From assembly GCA_035084275.1 (NCBI GenBank), contig CM068745.1, positions 1,674,001-1,738,000 on the forward strand: 64,000 nucleotides of DNA. Reading direction: 5' to 3'. Of the stretch, positions 37,401-49,400 are shown in pieces; the first letter of the stretch is position 1; every line of letters begins with the position of its first letter. The translations under genes were made by a program, and so were the position numbers. The stretch is from Hydrolagus colliei. Lineage: Eukaryota. Under the pieces are notes generated by a model. The model worked only from the letters and a program-made list of their open reading frames with translations. It was not told the origin of the DNA and made no database searches.

Positions 37401-40400
37401 ACCCCTCAAACAAATAACTGGAGCAAATTGAGTGGGAATTGACCATTCTTGAATCCTTAATGGAGTTGGGTTAATGTATGAACGACTGCTCTTGTTGTTA
37501 CAGTTTGAAAATAGAAGACATTTCGGGGCAGAAAGATGGGTGGGGAGCAGTCTTCCAGTTACAGATATACCTAGCTAACCACATGTTTTCATATCCAAAC
37601 TCAGCTCCAAATATGCTTCCTACATGCTCTTCCCTGCACCCTCACCATGTTGAAGTGAAAACTCTTTGCAAACTCTTTCAACCCTATTCTATTCTCAAGA
37701 TTGGATCTCCTTACTTCCTTTGTCTTCTCTCCCTCCTACAATCTACCCATGTTTAAGTCTCAAGTCCTCGGTAGGAAGCAGCACACAGATACTTCTTGAT
37801 TTCTCTCATCCTCTCTCCTACTCTGCTGAACCTCGTGTTAACCTGTCCTGTAGCTCTTGTTATCTCCATTTACTAATTTGAAGAACGGATTAATTTACGC
37901 AGGTATCCACTTATGACATATAGAACCTAAGATTATTTTTACTGTTCAGTGAGCATTTTCAAAGATATTGGGTCACTTTGTGAAAAAAGATGAAGAATGT
38001 TGATGCTGGAAAAAGGAAACATTTTTCCATCTGCTCTGCTCGGTTGGGTGAAAAAAAAGTGGTATTCCCAGCCTGGATATACTCTTATTTCACCGCTTAA
38101 ATCTCAGATTGAAACTCTTCAGTCCTTTGCTCTTTAATTTTTACTTCCGATGTCAAGTTGATCCCCAGTATGACCAGTATTCACCCTGCACACTGAATGC
38201 GAACAGGGTTTTTCCGTACAGAGGATATTGCAGCCAAATATCACACCCTACATCAGGGACCTCCTAACCCCTTACCAACCTGCCTGCCCCCTCCCTCCGC
38301 TCAGCAGGCTCCATCCTGCTCCATGACCCCCGACCCACCCGCCCCACCATTGACGTGAGATCCTTCAGCCGCTCTGTCCCCAACCTCTGAAACTCCATCC
38401 CACAGTCCCTCTGCCTCGCCCCCTCCCTGGCCTCCTTCAAGTCCCGCCACAAGACCCTCCTCTTCGACGGTCCCATTGGCCACTCCAAATCCCTCCCTTT
38501 CCCTCCACTCTCCCCGTCCCCAGCTCGGGTGTGAAACATTGACTGTCCAGCGCCTTGGAACGTCCTCCTGACATGAAAGGCGCTATACAAGTGTCATTTT
38601 GTTGTTGTTGAATTGTATCCTTGATCCTGACATTAACAGAAGTATATTCCAATGGGATAAGGAGGGATGGCTGTCAAACAATGCAATGCTTCACTAACAA
38701 TAGGAACCATGTCAAACACCATGATATGATACTAGTGGTGCTGACAATATCAAAACAGGAGCAATTGAGGTTTCAGTTAAGCGGTCAAAAGATCAGTGAT
38801 TGATGTGAATACTTCTCATTTGGCCTGTACTGGTTCAGGATGATGTGTGTTTTAAAGTGGAGGAGGGGGTAAGGGGGGGAGTCCATGTTTGCTAATAAGC
38901 ACAGAAATAATTTGAATGCGCGTCAGGTGCAGAACTAACAATACCACATAAGGCTCAACTCAATTTGGTGCAGTACAAAGAGACAGAAGATCGATCAGGA
39001 GAGGGCAAAGAGGAGGGAACCATTCTGAAGTTCAAATGGCCCATTGCCAACCCCTTCTATAAACACTCACCACACCAGAGCTGCAACATGCTGATCAGAA
39101 ATTTAAAAAAGGCTATTAAAATATTGAGATTTTCTTGAGAACAAACCATTCCAGTCTGGGAACCAAGATCCACTGGGAGAAAGAAAATAATTCAAATTTG
39201 TCCCCCTCAAGCCCGGGACTGAAAGTTGGCCCCTTTGATATATTGTAAAGTTCCTGTGCGCAGGTTTGTGAAACAGATCAGGTCATCCCTTCCATTTAAA
39301 GAGACAAATGAACTGCGATCGTGGCACTTGATGAAAGACTAATTTTGGGGGAATGAATTTCCTGCTTGAAGCACTTCCTGCAGACCCTTACAGATGTGGC
39401 AAAAAAGCATTCGCTCTCTCCTTCTGGAAACCTTTCCTCAGGACAGAAGGAGCTCTCAACAACAACTTCCTGTTGTAAAAGTGAAATGCCAGACACAGAC
39501 ATTGCTTCATTGCTTATTCTGGCAAGTGGCCTTTGCAGCTCATTGATTTAAATTCAGTTTCCCATTTAATGAAAATCCTAACATTTTTACCTTATTTGTC
39601 TGGAAGTCCGTCCTCTTCCAGCTTTTATTGCATTTAAATCCACATTATTGTGGCTGCACTTCCTGTAGGTCTAGTCTGGGAATGTGGGATTCTCCACGTG
39701 TGTCATTCATGTTTAATCAATTACTTTTATTTATCCTTCCTCCAACACCCACCCAACCCGTTGTCACCTTCACCACCCAATCTTCCACTGAAGAGAACCG
39801 TCATAGTACCTCTCACACCATCTCCACTTCATCACCACTCACAGCTTCTCCTCTAGCCTCTGCACCATCACATGTGGTGTTCCTCAGGGCTCTGTCCTTG
39901 GTCCCGTCATCTTTTGTATCTACATGCTTTCTCTTGGTGACATCATCTGTAGACATGAGGTCAACTTCCACATTTATGCGAATGACACCCAACTCTATCT
40001 CTCTGCCTCCAACCTCGAACACTGCTGTCCCCCAGAGAATAAATTTCAAATTCCCCATCTTTGCCTTGAAGGCGCTCCATGGCCTGGCTCCTTGCTATTT
40101 CTGTGACATGCTGACCCCATACCCACCTGTCCACTACCTCCGCTCAGCAGGCTGTGGCCTGCTTCACATTCCCCACCCTGCCCATCAGTGGTTGGGTCTT
40201 CAGGCTGTCTGCCCCCTACCCTCTAGAACTCAATCCCACATTCCCATTGCCTCTCTCCCTCCATTGCCTCACGTCAAGGTGTGTCTCAAATCCCTCATCT
40301 TTGATTTTGTCTTCGGCCACCCTCCATCCTCCCCGATCCCGATCTTCAGCTCAAGTCCAAATCCCTGATTGTCTAGTGCCTTAAGATGTCCTTCCAATAT

Positions 40401-43400
40401 GAAAGGCCTACACAATTATAATTATATATTGTTCTGTATTGTAGGAGTGACATTTTCTCCAACCACTTATTGAACAACTGAGCAAAATCCCTTTAAAAGT
40501 TTCAAGCAGACAGAGATAGGACTTGAACCATTTTCTGATTCTGCGTCAACAACAACAAAATTACATATACTATTGTAGTACCTTTCACGTTGGAAGAATG
40601 TCCAGGCACAACAACAACAACAACAAAACTTACATTTATATAGCGCCTTTCACGTCGAGAGGACATCCCAAGCGCTGTACAGTCAGGTAGGACAAGAGCA
40701 GGGTGGGAAGGATCAGGGCAGGATAAAGCATAGTAGGAAAAGTAACTGTATTAGTGGGCGAAACGTGGCAGCCAAATTGCGCACAGCAGTGTCCCACAAT
40801 CAGTCACGGAAGTGGGACTAGGGGCAAAAGGGGGTAAAGAAGCAAAAGGGGAGGGGTCGAGGCAGGGGGAAGAAAGGCAGGAAAGTCGACTGTATACTTG
40901 TGGGCGAAACGCGGCAGCCAAATTGCGCACAGCAGTGTCCCACAAACAATCGCGAAAATGGGGCCAGGGGAGAAAGGGGGAAAAGAGGGTAAGGGGGGAG
41001 AGGGTGGGATGGGTTAGGGTTAGGGAGGAAGAGGGGGGAGAAAGGGGGGCAAGGAAGAGTGGGAGGGAAAGATGGGTGGGGGCAAGATCAGGAAGAGGGA
41101 AGAGGGAGGGAAGGGGAAAAGGGAGGAGAGAAAGTGGGGAAAGGGAGTGAGGGAAGATAACAGGTCTGGTCTCTGCGTTACCTCACAAGAGGTGGGAGCT
41201 GTAATCTCCGAGCTCATATCAGAATGCCACAGCCTCTATTCCCTGATGAGAAAGGAGATTCCATTTATTACCAAATGTAAAAATTATTAATTATTTAATT
41301 ATTAGCTTACCCGCCCCCACCGCCCATCATTCCTCAATTCCTGATACAATAGATAGTGACATAAGTGAAACAATAGTCACCATAATTAAATTCTTAAAAG
41401 TGCATTATGTTTGTTCATAATATACTCAAGTGTTGGATATTTACAACATGAAAGTTAATGATGACGTTGAGCAATCAGTGGGTTAAACGTCTTTTGTTTT
41501 AAAAAAAATTGAGAATCGCCCTACTCCGTGTTGAATCTTCCTCCCCTAAAGTTTTCCCCTCTATAAATATCTCGCAGTTTTGTTTATGACGACCTCCGAA
41601 GCCATGGGATTGATGTGAGTAATGTGATTGTTCATTCAGGATGTTTCTTCCCAGCCTCCATTGTCATCAGCAACATAACAAATGGCTCCCGAACCATCCT
41701 CCACAAGAACAGGTTTGTATACCACTGTAGGATTCCTTTCTAAATTGTTTCATTGGGATGCATTGCTGCAAGACTCCGGTATTCCTCGTGTATTGTCACT
41801 GGGATTATTTAGCATATTGGTGCCATTATAGTGCAGGAGAAATGATACCTAAATCAGTACTGTATGCTGTTTGTCAAATGCATTTCGTTTGTCATCTCCA
41901 AATTACTAAAAAAAACAAAATGCTTACAAAATGCTTCTCTCCAAACGCAGGTTTGGAAAGAGAAAAATCTAGAATTGTACCACGACTGGGTTTTTCACAA
42001 TTCAATCGTGAAGCATAGATTTTTTTAAAAAAAATTTAAAACTGCAACCATGTATGCTTCCGTAAAGACCAGGTAACAATACAACGGGAAACGGCTTCAG
42101 AAATCTCGGTGATGTTCATCGGACTGGATTCACACGTTTCATTCCTGTGAGACATTGAGGTCTTATTATTATACAATGGAAAGTCTGTGTGTTGAGAGGC
42201 TCAGAGTGGTATTCCCTGCACTAACAACGCTACTTATACTTTTGTCCCCTGCCTTCTTGTTGGAAGTCACTCAAACGATGGAGTTCTAGCCCAATCAAAC
42301 CGGTTCCCTTTCCTCTTTTTTCAAAAACAGCCGAATAAAATCCACTTTTCCCCTCACCTTTCTGTCCTTCCCGAAGCTTTATCACAGACGACTTTCAAAA
42401 GCGCGGCATTGACATCCGCGGCGTGGCCTGGCAGAGCGTGGGGACCACTCCCTGCGCTTGCTGCATCGTCAACTCCGCCAACGGCTCCCGAACTGTGGTT
42501 CTTTCTGACATGTAAGACTCGCCCTTCAAAACGTCACACGCTTAAAATGTGCCAATGCAGAAATGCTCTCTTCAGGGCCAGTTCACTGTGGTAAAGTCAC
42601 ATTGTGCATCCTGCAGCCAAGTCCATTGGAGTGTGTTGTCTGCACATTTTGCAGTTAAATTTGAGTTTTGCTGAGCAGCCAGAATGGCATTGGAGTCTAA
42701 CTGTGACAACAGCTGGGGCAAGTGGATTTGGGAGCAGAGCAATTTTACACACTTCAGATTTATCCTAGTCACTACCTGATATATATTACAGCTCTGCTTT
42801 GAGCAGACACAAATCCAGCGTTTAGGAACTGGACACCAGTACAGTAATGGGACACAAACGTACAACTTTCCCCTAAATCATCAGCTGGGATGGATCTGCA
42901 CAGAGGGTCAGGAGCTTCCTCAGTACAGTGGAGCCTAATTTCCTTGATTGGAATAGGCACAAAATTGGAATCTTGCCACCCCCGCCCACCTCCCCCAGTC
43001 CTGGTCTCTTAGAAAATGCAGGATCAGCGAGGAGCTTTTAATGAGATAATTTTATAAGCCAAGACCGGATGGTTTAAAAAATCTGGATTTTAATAGCCTT
43101 GATGCTTGCGGAGCAGGAAGTACAGTATTGACCAAAATTTCCATTGCATATTGCCTGCAGCTCGCAAATTCTGCAAGCTCCCTCGTTTGTTTCAGTCAGC
43201 CGGCTGTCAGGTGGCTGGGATGATCTAATGAGCAACTAAGTAAGGTAGGAGAGGATGTCCAGTATATGGAATTGTACTCCAATTGTGGGAGAAGATATTA
43301 TAATAAAATGTCAAACAACTACTGAAAATGAAGAGGGAAAATTAGCAAGAGTAAAGGAAAAAAATCATTGGCTTTTAGATGTACAGTTAGACCTCGATTA

Positions 43401-46400
43401 ACGTTGCTTCAGTTGATATTGTTCCGTTATTACGTTGTTGATACATAGGAGGGCATGTATTCACTCAACAATGCGACGTTCGCTATTACGTTGTTTGCGT
43501 GGGCAGGTAAACAAACTACTTTGGGTAAGTAGGCGTATATAGAGGGTAAGTAGGCATATATAGAGGGTAAGTAGGTGTACATAGAGGGTAAGTAGGCGTA
43601 TATAGAGGCTGAACGCCTGGTATTTTTTTTGCAGTCGTTTCGTTTAACGTCGTTCCACGTAAAATCGCGCTGTTCGCGAACACAGCTGCGACGTGTTAAA
43701 AGCGAGGACTAAGTGTATCCTTCTGCGTTTACAGGTGTAGCTGTTGATCGGTGCCTGGTGACTTCTCACTGATAGCAGGGCTTAAGTACTCAGAGTAAGG
43801 TGACAGAGTTGCCAGACTGGAGCAGAGTTGGAGTGAGGAAGGAAATTTCCAAATAAAAAGAAAGTTGTGATGTTGTAATTGGGAGTGGACAGATGGTTAG
43901 TATTGCTAGTAAGCTACTGTCAGGAATTGTGTCTCATGGTACAAACTGAGTTTTTTGCAGACACATGAAGGTAATCGGGCTCCTCTAATGGTTCACTGGT
44001 TAAATGTCCCACATGGTGTAGCATCACATGGGCTGAGGAGGTGCCATCTTTGGATTGGGCAAAGTTGGCTGTTCTTATGTGGAATGTGATGGCTTACGAG
44101 GTCCTCACACTGAGGTTCCCTGTCTAGTTTCAACCAGCGAAAAATACCACTTGGATTTAGTATTGTGGAGCTGCTGGTGTCTGGATATGTCAAGGGGTTG
44201 TGTGGGAGACAGAAGCTTTCTGCTGGCAGGACTGCTTACAACGCCAAATGCCTTTCCCGTGAATGCAATTGAAAACAAATTGGAATTTCTTCCACTTTAC
44301 ATCTTTCAGCAGCAGATCCCTGTCAGGATTATATAAGGGTGTCACATGTATTATTCAGCTTGTAAATAGCTCACAACAAAACATCATCCTTGCTCCAGTT
44401 CAGCTGTTGGTTTGAAGGCGTTATGTAAGACCACAAAAGTGGAAGGACAGAGCTGTTTTGGGGATAGTTTCTGGATCCTATGGAAAAGTCTTTCTGCTTT
44501 GGCACACCTCGGATGCTTACAACAGTGCATGACATTGAGATCAAATCATCCCCAATGAACAATTCAGAAATGACTTGAAATAAATGTTTATGAAAAGAAA
44601 TCTCTTAATTCGCACAAATTGCATTCTAAAAATGAAAATAAAGTTAAATTCTGTCATTTTTTTTCCCCAATCAAACATTTCTTCCTTTTGCCGTTTTCAA
44701 ACTCTGTCTGGCTCCAGCGTTTTACAAGGGGGACACGGCACTTCTGTGGTGTGTTAAATAAAACCATTTTAACCAAATTGTATAAACTAATACTGCAATG
44801 GGGAACTGTTCTCTTCGTGTAGTTTCCATTAAACTTTTGTCTGACTTCAGCTTTGAATGTCAGTCTGTAGTTGGGAGGAAGCATTTGGAGCCACTTCAAG
44901 CGTCTTCCTGTTGAGCGTTTTGTCGGCCGTCTTTTTCACAGTGAGCTGAGCAAATTCTTGACCTGGGAAGCCAGCTCCACTTCAAACATGAACAGCCAAG
45001 TGCATCCTCAGAGCCTTTCCACTGAGCTGTGAGCTTCAAATTCTGGCCCCAATTACAGCTGAATGTTGTACCCCAAATCCAGTCAAGTGTGCATTTGATC
45101 AGCGAGAGCATCCTCTCTTTCCCTCCACTGCCCCTTCTCTCCTTCTCTTTCATTCCTCCTCTCCTCTTTCCTTTCCTCCTCTCCCCCTCCTCTCCTTTCT
45201 TCCGTCAATCCTACTCTCCTGAAGCCGTATTTCTGACTTTTGGTGGGTTTTGGTCGGCAGCAGGCCTCCAAAATCTAAACCAGTGACCATCCTTTTTGTA
45301 CCAGGCCAAAACAGTGTGTATCAGGAGGCTCTTTGACAGCAGAGCCTGATCCTGTTTTCACCCAATGTCAACTCCCTAGGTGAGCTCGACTGCAGTAACC
45401 CAGCTGAGATCAATAATTCAGCAAAAAATAAAACCACCCAAATTGTGCTTTGCAATCTTATCTATATGGCTCAGAGGTGTACCCTCTACCCATGAGGGGA
45501 TTGGGGGAAAACTATCAGGAATCTGCTTGGCTGGTATCCAGCCTCCTGCCAACTGTTTCACATAGCAGCAGTAATGCTATGTGTGGAGCCAAAGCTCTAA
45601 CTCTCATCTGACATTTCGCTGGGTACAAGGCCAGAGGGGGGAGGGATTCAGAGGACTGTGGGAGCGGCAGCCTTAAAGAAAAGTCCAGACACATGAAAGA
45701 AAGTACTCGAATTCCTTCCATGGTATTTGATTTTAATTGTTTTTCTGTTAATAACTCCCATTGAATCATACAAACTTGTTCTGTTTGAGTACATGTGAAT
45801 CAAATGTATTTAAATGAATAACAGTAAATTTGCATGATCCTTATTTTGATTGGTGATGTAATTTTGTTGCTGGTATATTATCCCCAAACAAATATTTGGG
45901 GTCTAGTTTGCGTGGTGCAAAATTGATGGCTGTGTTAACCATGTGGAAACTCATCTGCACAGAGGGAAATACAGCCCTCCTCAATTTTTCACTGAACAAC
46001 CAATGAAAAGGGTTAATGGGATTTTCTGAATTGTTTACATAACAGAGGGCAACTGTATGCGTTTGCACATGGTTAACCCAAATGGTAAATTAGATTCCCC
46101 AATGCAATTTTAATTTGTATATAATTAATTCATTGCCACAGATGTTCTCACAAAGTATAACTTGCCCTGTTCGTAACACAGGGCTACGGTAAGTCAGGCA
46201 ATGTATTGAAGTATTAACCCACGGTTGTGCTTTAGGAATCTGCCCGATGTAACTATAGACGATTTTAAGAAAGTTGATCTCTCGAAATTCAAGTGGATTC
46301 ACTGGGAGGTGAGTAAACTACAGAGTTGTTGTTATTGTTTGTTGTTGTTGTAGCTATGGGGCAGGGCAGTTAAATGAAAGGAATGCACTGTAAACAGTCA

Positions 46401-49400
46401 GCACAGACACAATGGGCCAAATGGCCTCCTTTGGCAATGTGAATTTCTACGGTTCCTCAGTGAGCACAGTTGAAAGTCGCTGTTCGGGCCCCTCAGTAAT
46501 GAGTGCAGCTCAGTGCAGTTTGCAGACACATTTTCACCTGACTGATTTTGCTCCTTGAAAATGATGGTGACCAAAATCCTAATCTCCTGAACCAGAGTCA
46601 GCCATTAAACACAGCAAAACAATCCGCAAGTTCTAGAGTTGCCTCCCACCCTCCCTTGGCTCGACTACCAACACCCGAGTGGCTGTAGAGAAGCAGCACT
46701 CATAAACCTCCTAAAATTCCTAATTTTTGGATACAGTCCTTAGCAGTTAATAGGGCTGAGAATAGCCTTGGAATCAGCAAGGTGCCACTTCTGGGCTTCT
46801 AATAATAATAATAATCCTTGCATTTGATATAGCGCTTTTCACATCTTATCAACGTCTCAAAGCGCTTCACAGAATATACTGTAAAGTGAATTGACTGTAT
46901 ATTTGTGGGCGAATTACGGCAGCCAATTGCGCACAGCAGCGTCCCCCACACACACAGTCGTGGATTGAAAATGGCCCATTTTAAAAATTGTTATTGTGGT
47001 TTTTTGGGGAGGGATTATTATTAGGCATGTGGAGTAAGGAAACTTGCCTAGGTTTCGCTCTGACCTGCCTGGATTTGAACACAGGTCTCACACTTATAAG
47101 GCGAGCTCTAACCACTGAGCTACAGGAGCTCCACGAACTACTGCGATGATAAATGTAGGAAAACACTAGCTGGGAAAGCACTATTGACCACTAGAAGATG
47201 CTTCCCATAGCAGTGGAAACACATTGCCCACAAAGGCAAAATATATGTCTCCACCAGTTGTGGGATGCATCACAGTTTGAAAATATATCACCTTAGGTTG
47301 GTAAAATTCCAGTCACTCTTCCTAGACATGTACTAGCCTCATACAATCAACACAAAGCCTCACAGACAATATAAAAACAATACCCCCAGGTCTGAGCTAT
47401 ATATCGTTTGATCCAGATCAAGCCCCATTTGGTGGACTCCTCACCAATTATCACATTAAGATACTCGATGACCATAGTAACAAGAACTTTTTATGAGATC
47501 CAGAATCACACAGCATGTAAACAGTTTAATTGTTTAACTATTATTAGTTTGCCACTTTGTTTCCTTGGATTACCAAACCATTCGCCAGTGGAAATAGCTT
47601 TTTCTTGTTCATCCTACCGAATCCTATCGATAATTTCGGAAACTTCTATTAAGTCTCCTCTTAACCTTCTGGTAAATCTCTTTTGCAGCCTCTCCAATTC
47701 AGTACTCTAGCTGAAGCCTAAGCAGTGTTTCATAAAGGTTCATCATAATTTCCTGAAAAGGAATAGCTATTCTATGCCCCTATTTGTATTCTATGGCCCT
47801 ACATAATTTTGTATTCTTTGCCTCTATTTATAAAGCCTAGTATCCCATATGCTTTTTTAATAGCTGATTATTCGTCGAATGATGGATCATAATTCGACGA
47901 ATAACCAGCTATAATAATCCCTTGAAAAATATAAGGATTGCAAATGCAAGAATTATCATTATTGAAAGAGAGAAACAGCTTTGGGAAGTTTCATTCATGT
48001 GTAAAGATGTTTAATTTGCTTTAAAATCTATTTTGACAAATAAATCTTCACTAGACATCTCTGTTTATTAAAGTAGACTTGTGATCTCTCAGTACGCATC
48101 TTAGAAAAATGTGCCTTAATGGGGTTTATTCTTCCGCAGTAGGGATATTCATTAACCTAAGATGTAGAGTGTATTTAATGGCATTTATGTCCACTCTCTG
48201 CTGAAGGTCAATATATTTACCCGTGACAGGAGAATGGCTCCGATGTGTTTGACACAAGGAGTGAGTCACTGTACAGAAGACCACTGCTGGGAAAGACAGA
48301 TCTAAAACAAAGGAGTTATGTGATCATTAAAATCTCTGGCTTCAGGCAATCAACAAACTGACTTGGGTTGAACAAGGCTATTTTGTTTAATAGCTTATGT
48401 GAGAAATGGAAAATGTCACAGTGGGAGAGGGGGAGGGAGGCCCTTCTGAATTTGGGCCTGAAGAATGCTGTTTTGGAGTCAAGCAGAGGAAGTCTAGACC
48501 TAAGTGCATGATCCCTGACCTGGTACTGCTTGGTGCTGTAATGGAGTGTCTAGAATGGGAAATGGTTTCATTTCCCTCCATCCTTCATGAGCAACTCCTG
48601 TAGCTCAGTGGTTAGAGCGCTCGCCTTACAAGCGTGAGACCTGTGTTTTGAATCCAGACAGGTCAGGGCGAAACCTTGGGCAAGTTCCCCTACTCTCCAC
48701 ACACACACACACCTAATAATAATCCGTCCAAAAAACCCCACTACAATAAAAATTGCTGCTGTGCGCAATTAGCTGCCGCGATTCGCCCACAAATATACAG
48801 TCAATTAACTTTACAGTATATTCTGTGAAGCGCTTTGGGACGTTGATAAGATGTGGAAAGCGCTGTATCAAATGTAAGGATTATTATTATTATTATTATT
48901 GTATGCAGCATCTTTAGGGTACCTCCATGTGGTACTACTGAGCACACTTGATTTTTCTTTCTGCCATTTGACTGGATCCATTTGATTTATCACTGCAGTT
49001 CCTGAACTGACCAACAGAGGGTGATGTTGTTTGACTTGCCTTGAGTCTGACCATTGGGGAGTTCAGCTGGGCTTGTATCAGAACTCATTCTGTGATAAAA
49101 TAGCAGCTGTTGCCTTCCTCACTCATGTCACACAGAGTGTATTTCTCATCCTAAAGCAGGAGATTTGAGGGATGAAGTTTCAAAATATGTTTTGAAAAAT
49201 AACACTTCAGTTGGCAGAAAGCTGCCTTCAGATGAGACATTAAACGGAGGAGCCATCAGCAAAAAGGGAAGAGAGTTTGTCCTGTTATCCTGGCCAAGAA
49301 TCTCCCAGATCACTGCATAGTTGCTCACGGGAAACTGCTCTTTTAAAATTGTCTGTTGCCTCCGTCTACACATGTACAATCTACACTGGGCAGCAAGTTA

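Noticed and set aside
39628-40368. 246-aa ORF
   Set aside because: Mostly out-of-frame and partial read-through of a deleted L2 LINE
43951-43976. 10-nt micro-exon candidate ttttttgcag|ACACATGAAG|gtaatc in KHK intron 3
   Set aside because: Frameshifting length, short pyrimidine tract, no counterpart in the KHK protein; expected by chance
34691-46235. A third KHK exon 3 paralogue
   Set aside because: Manual scan of introns 2-3 found only two 135-nt exons with the GSRT motif
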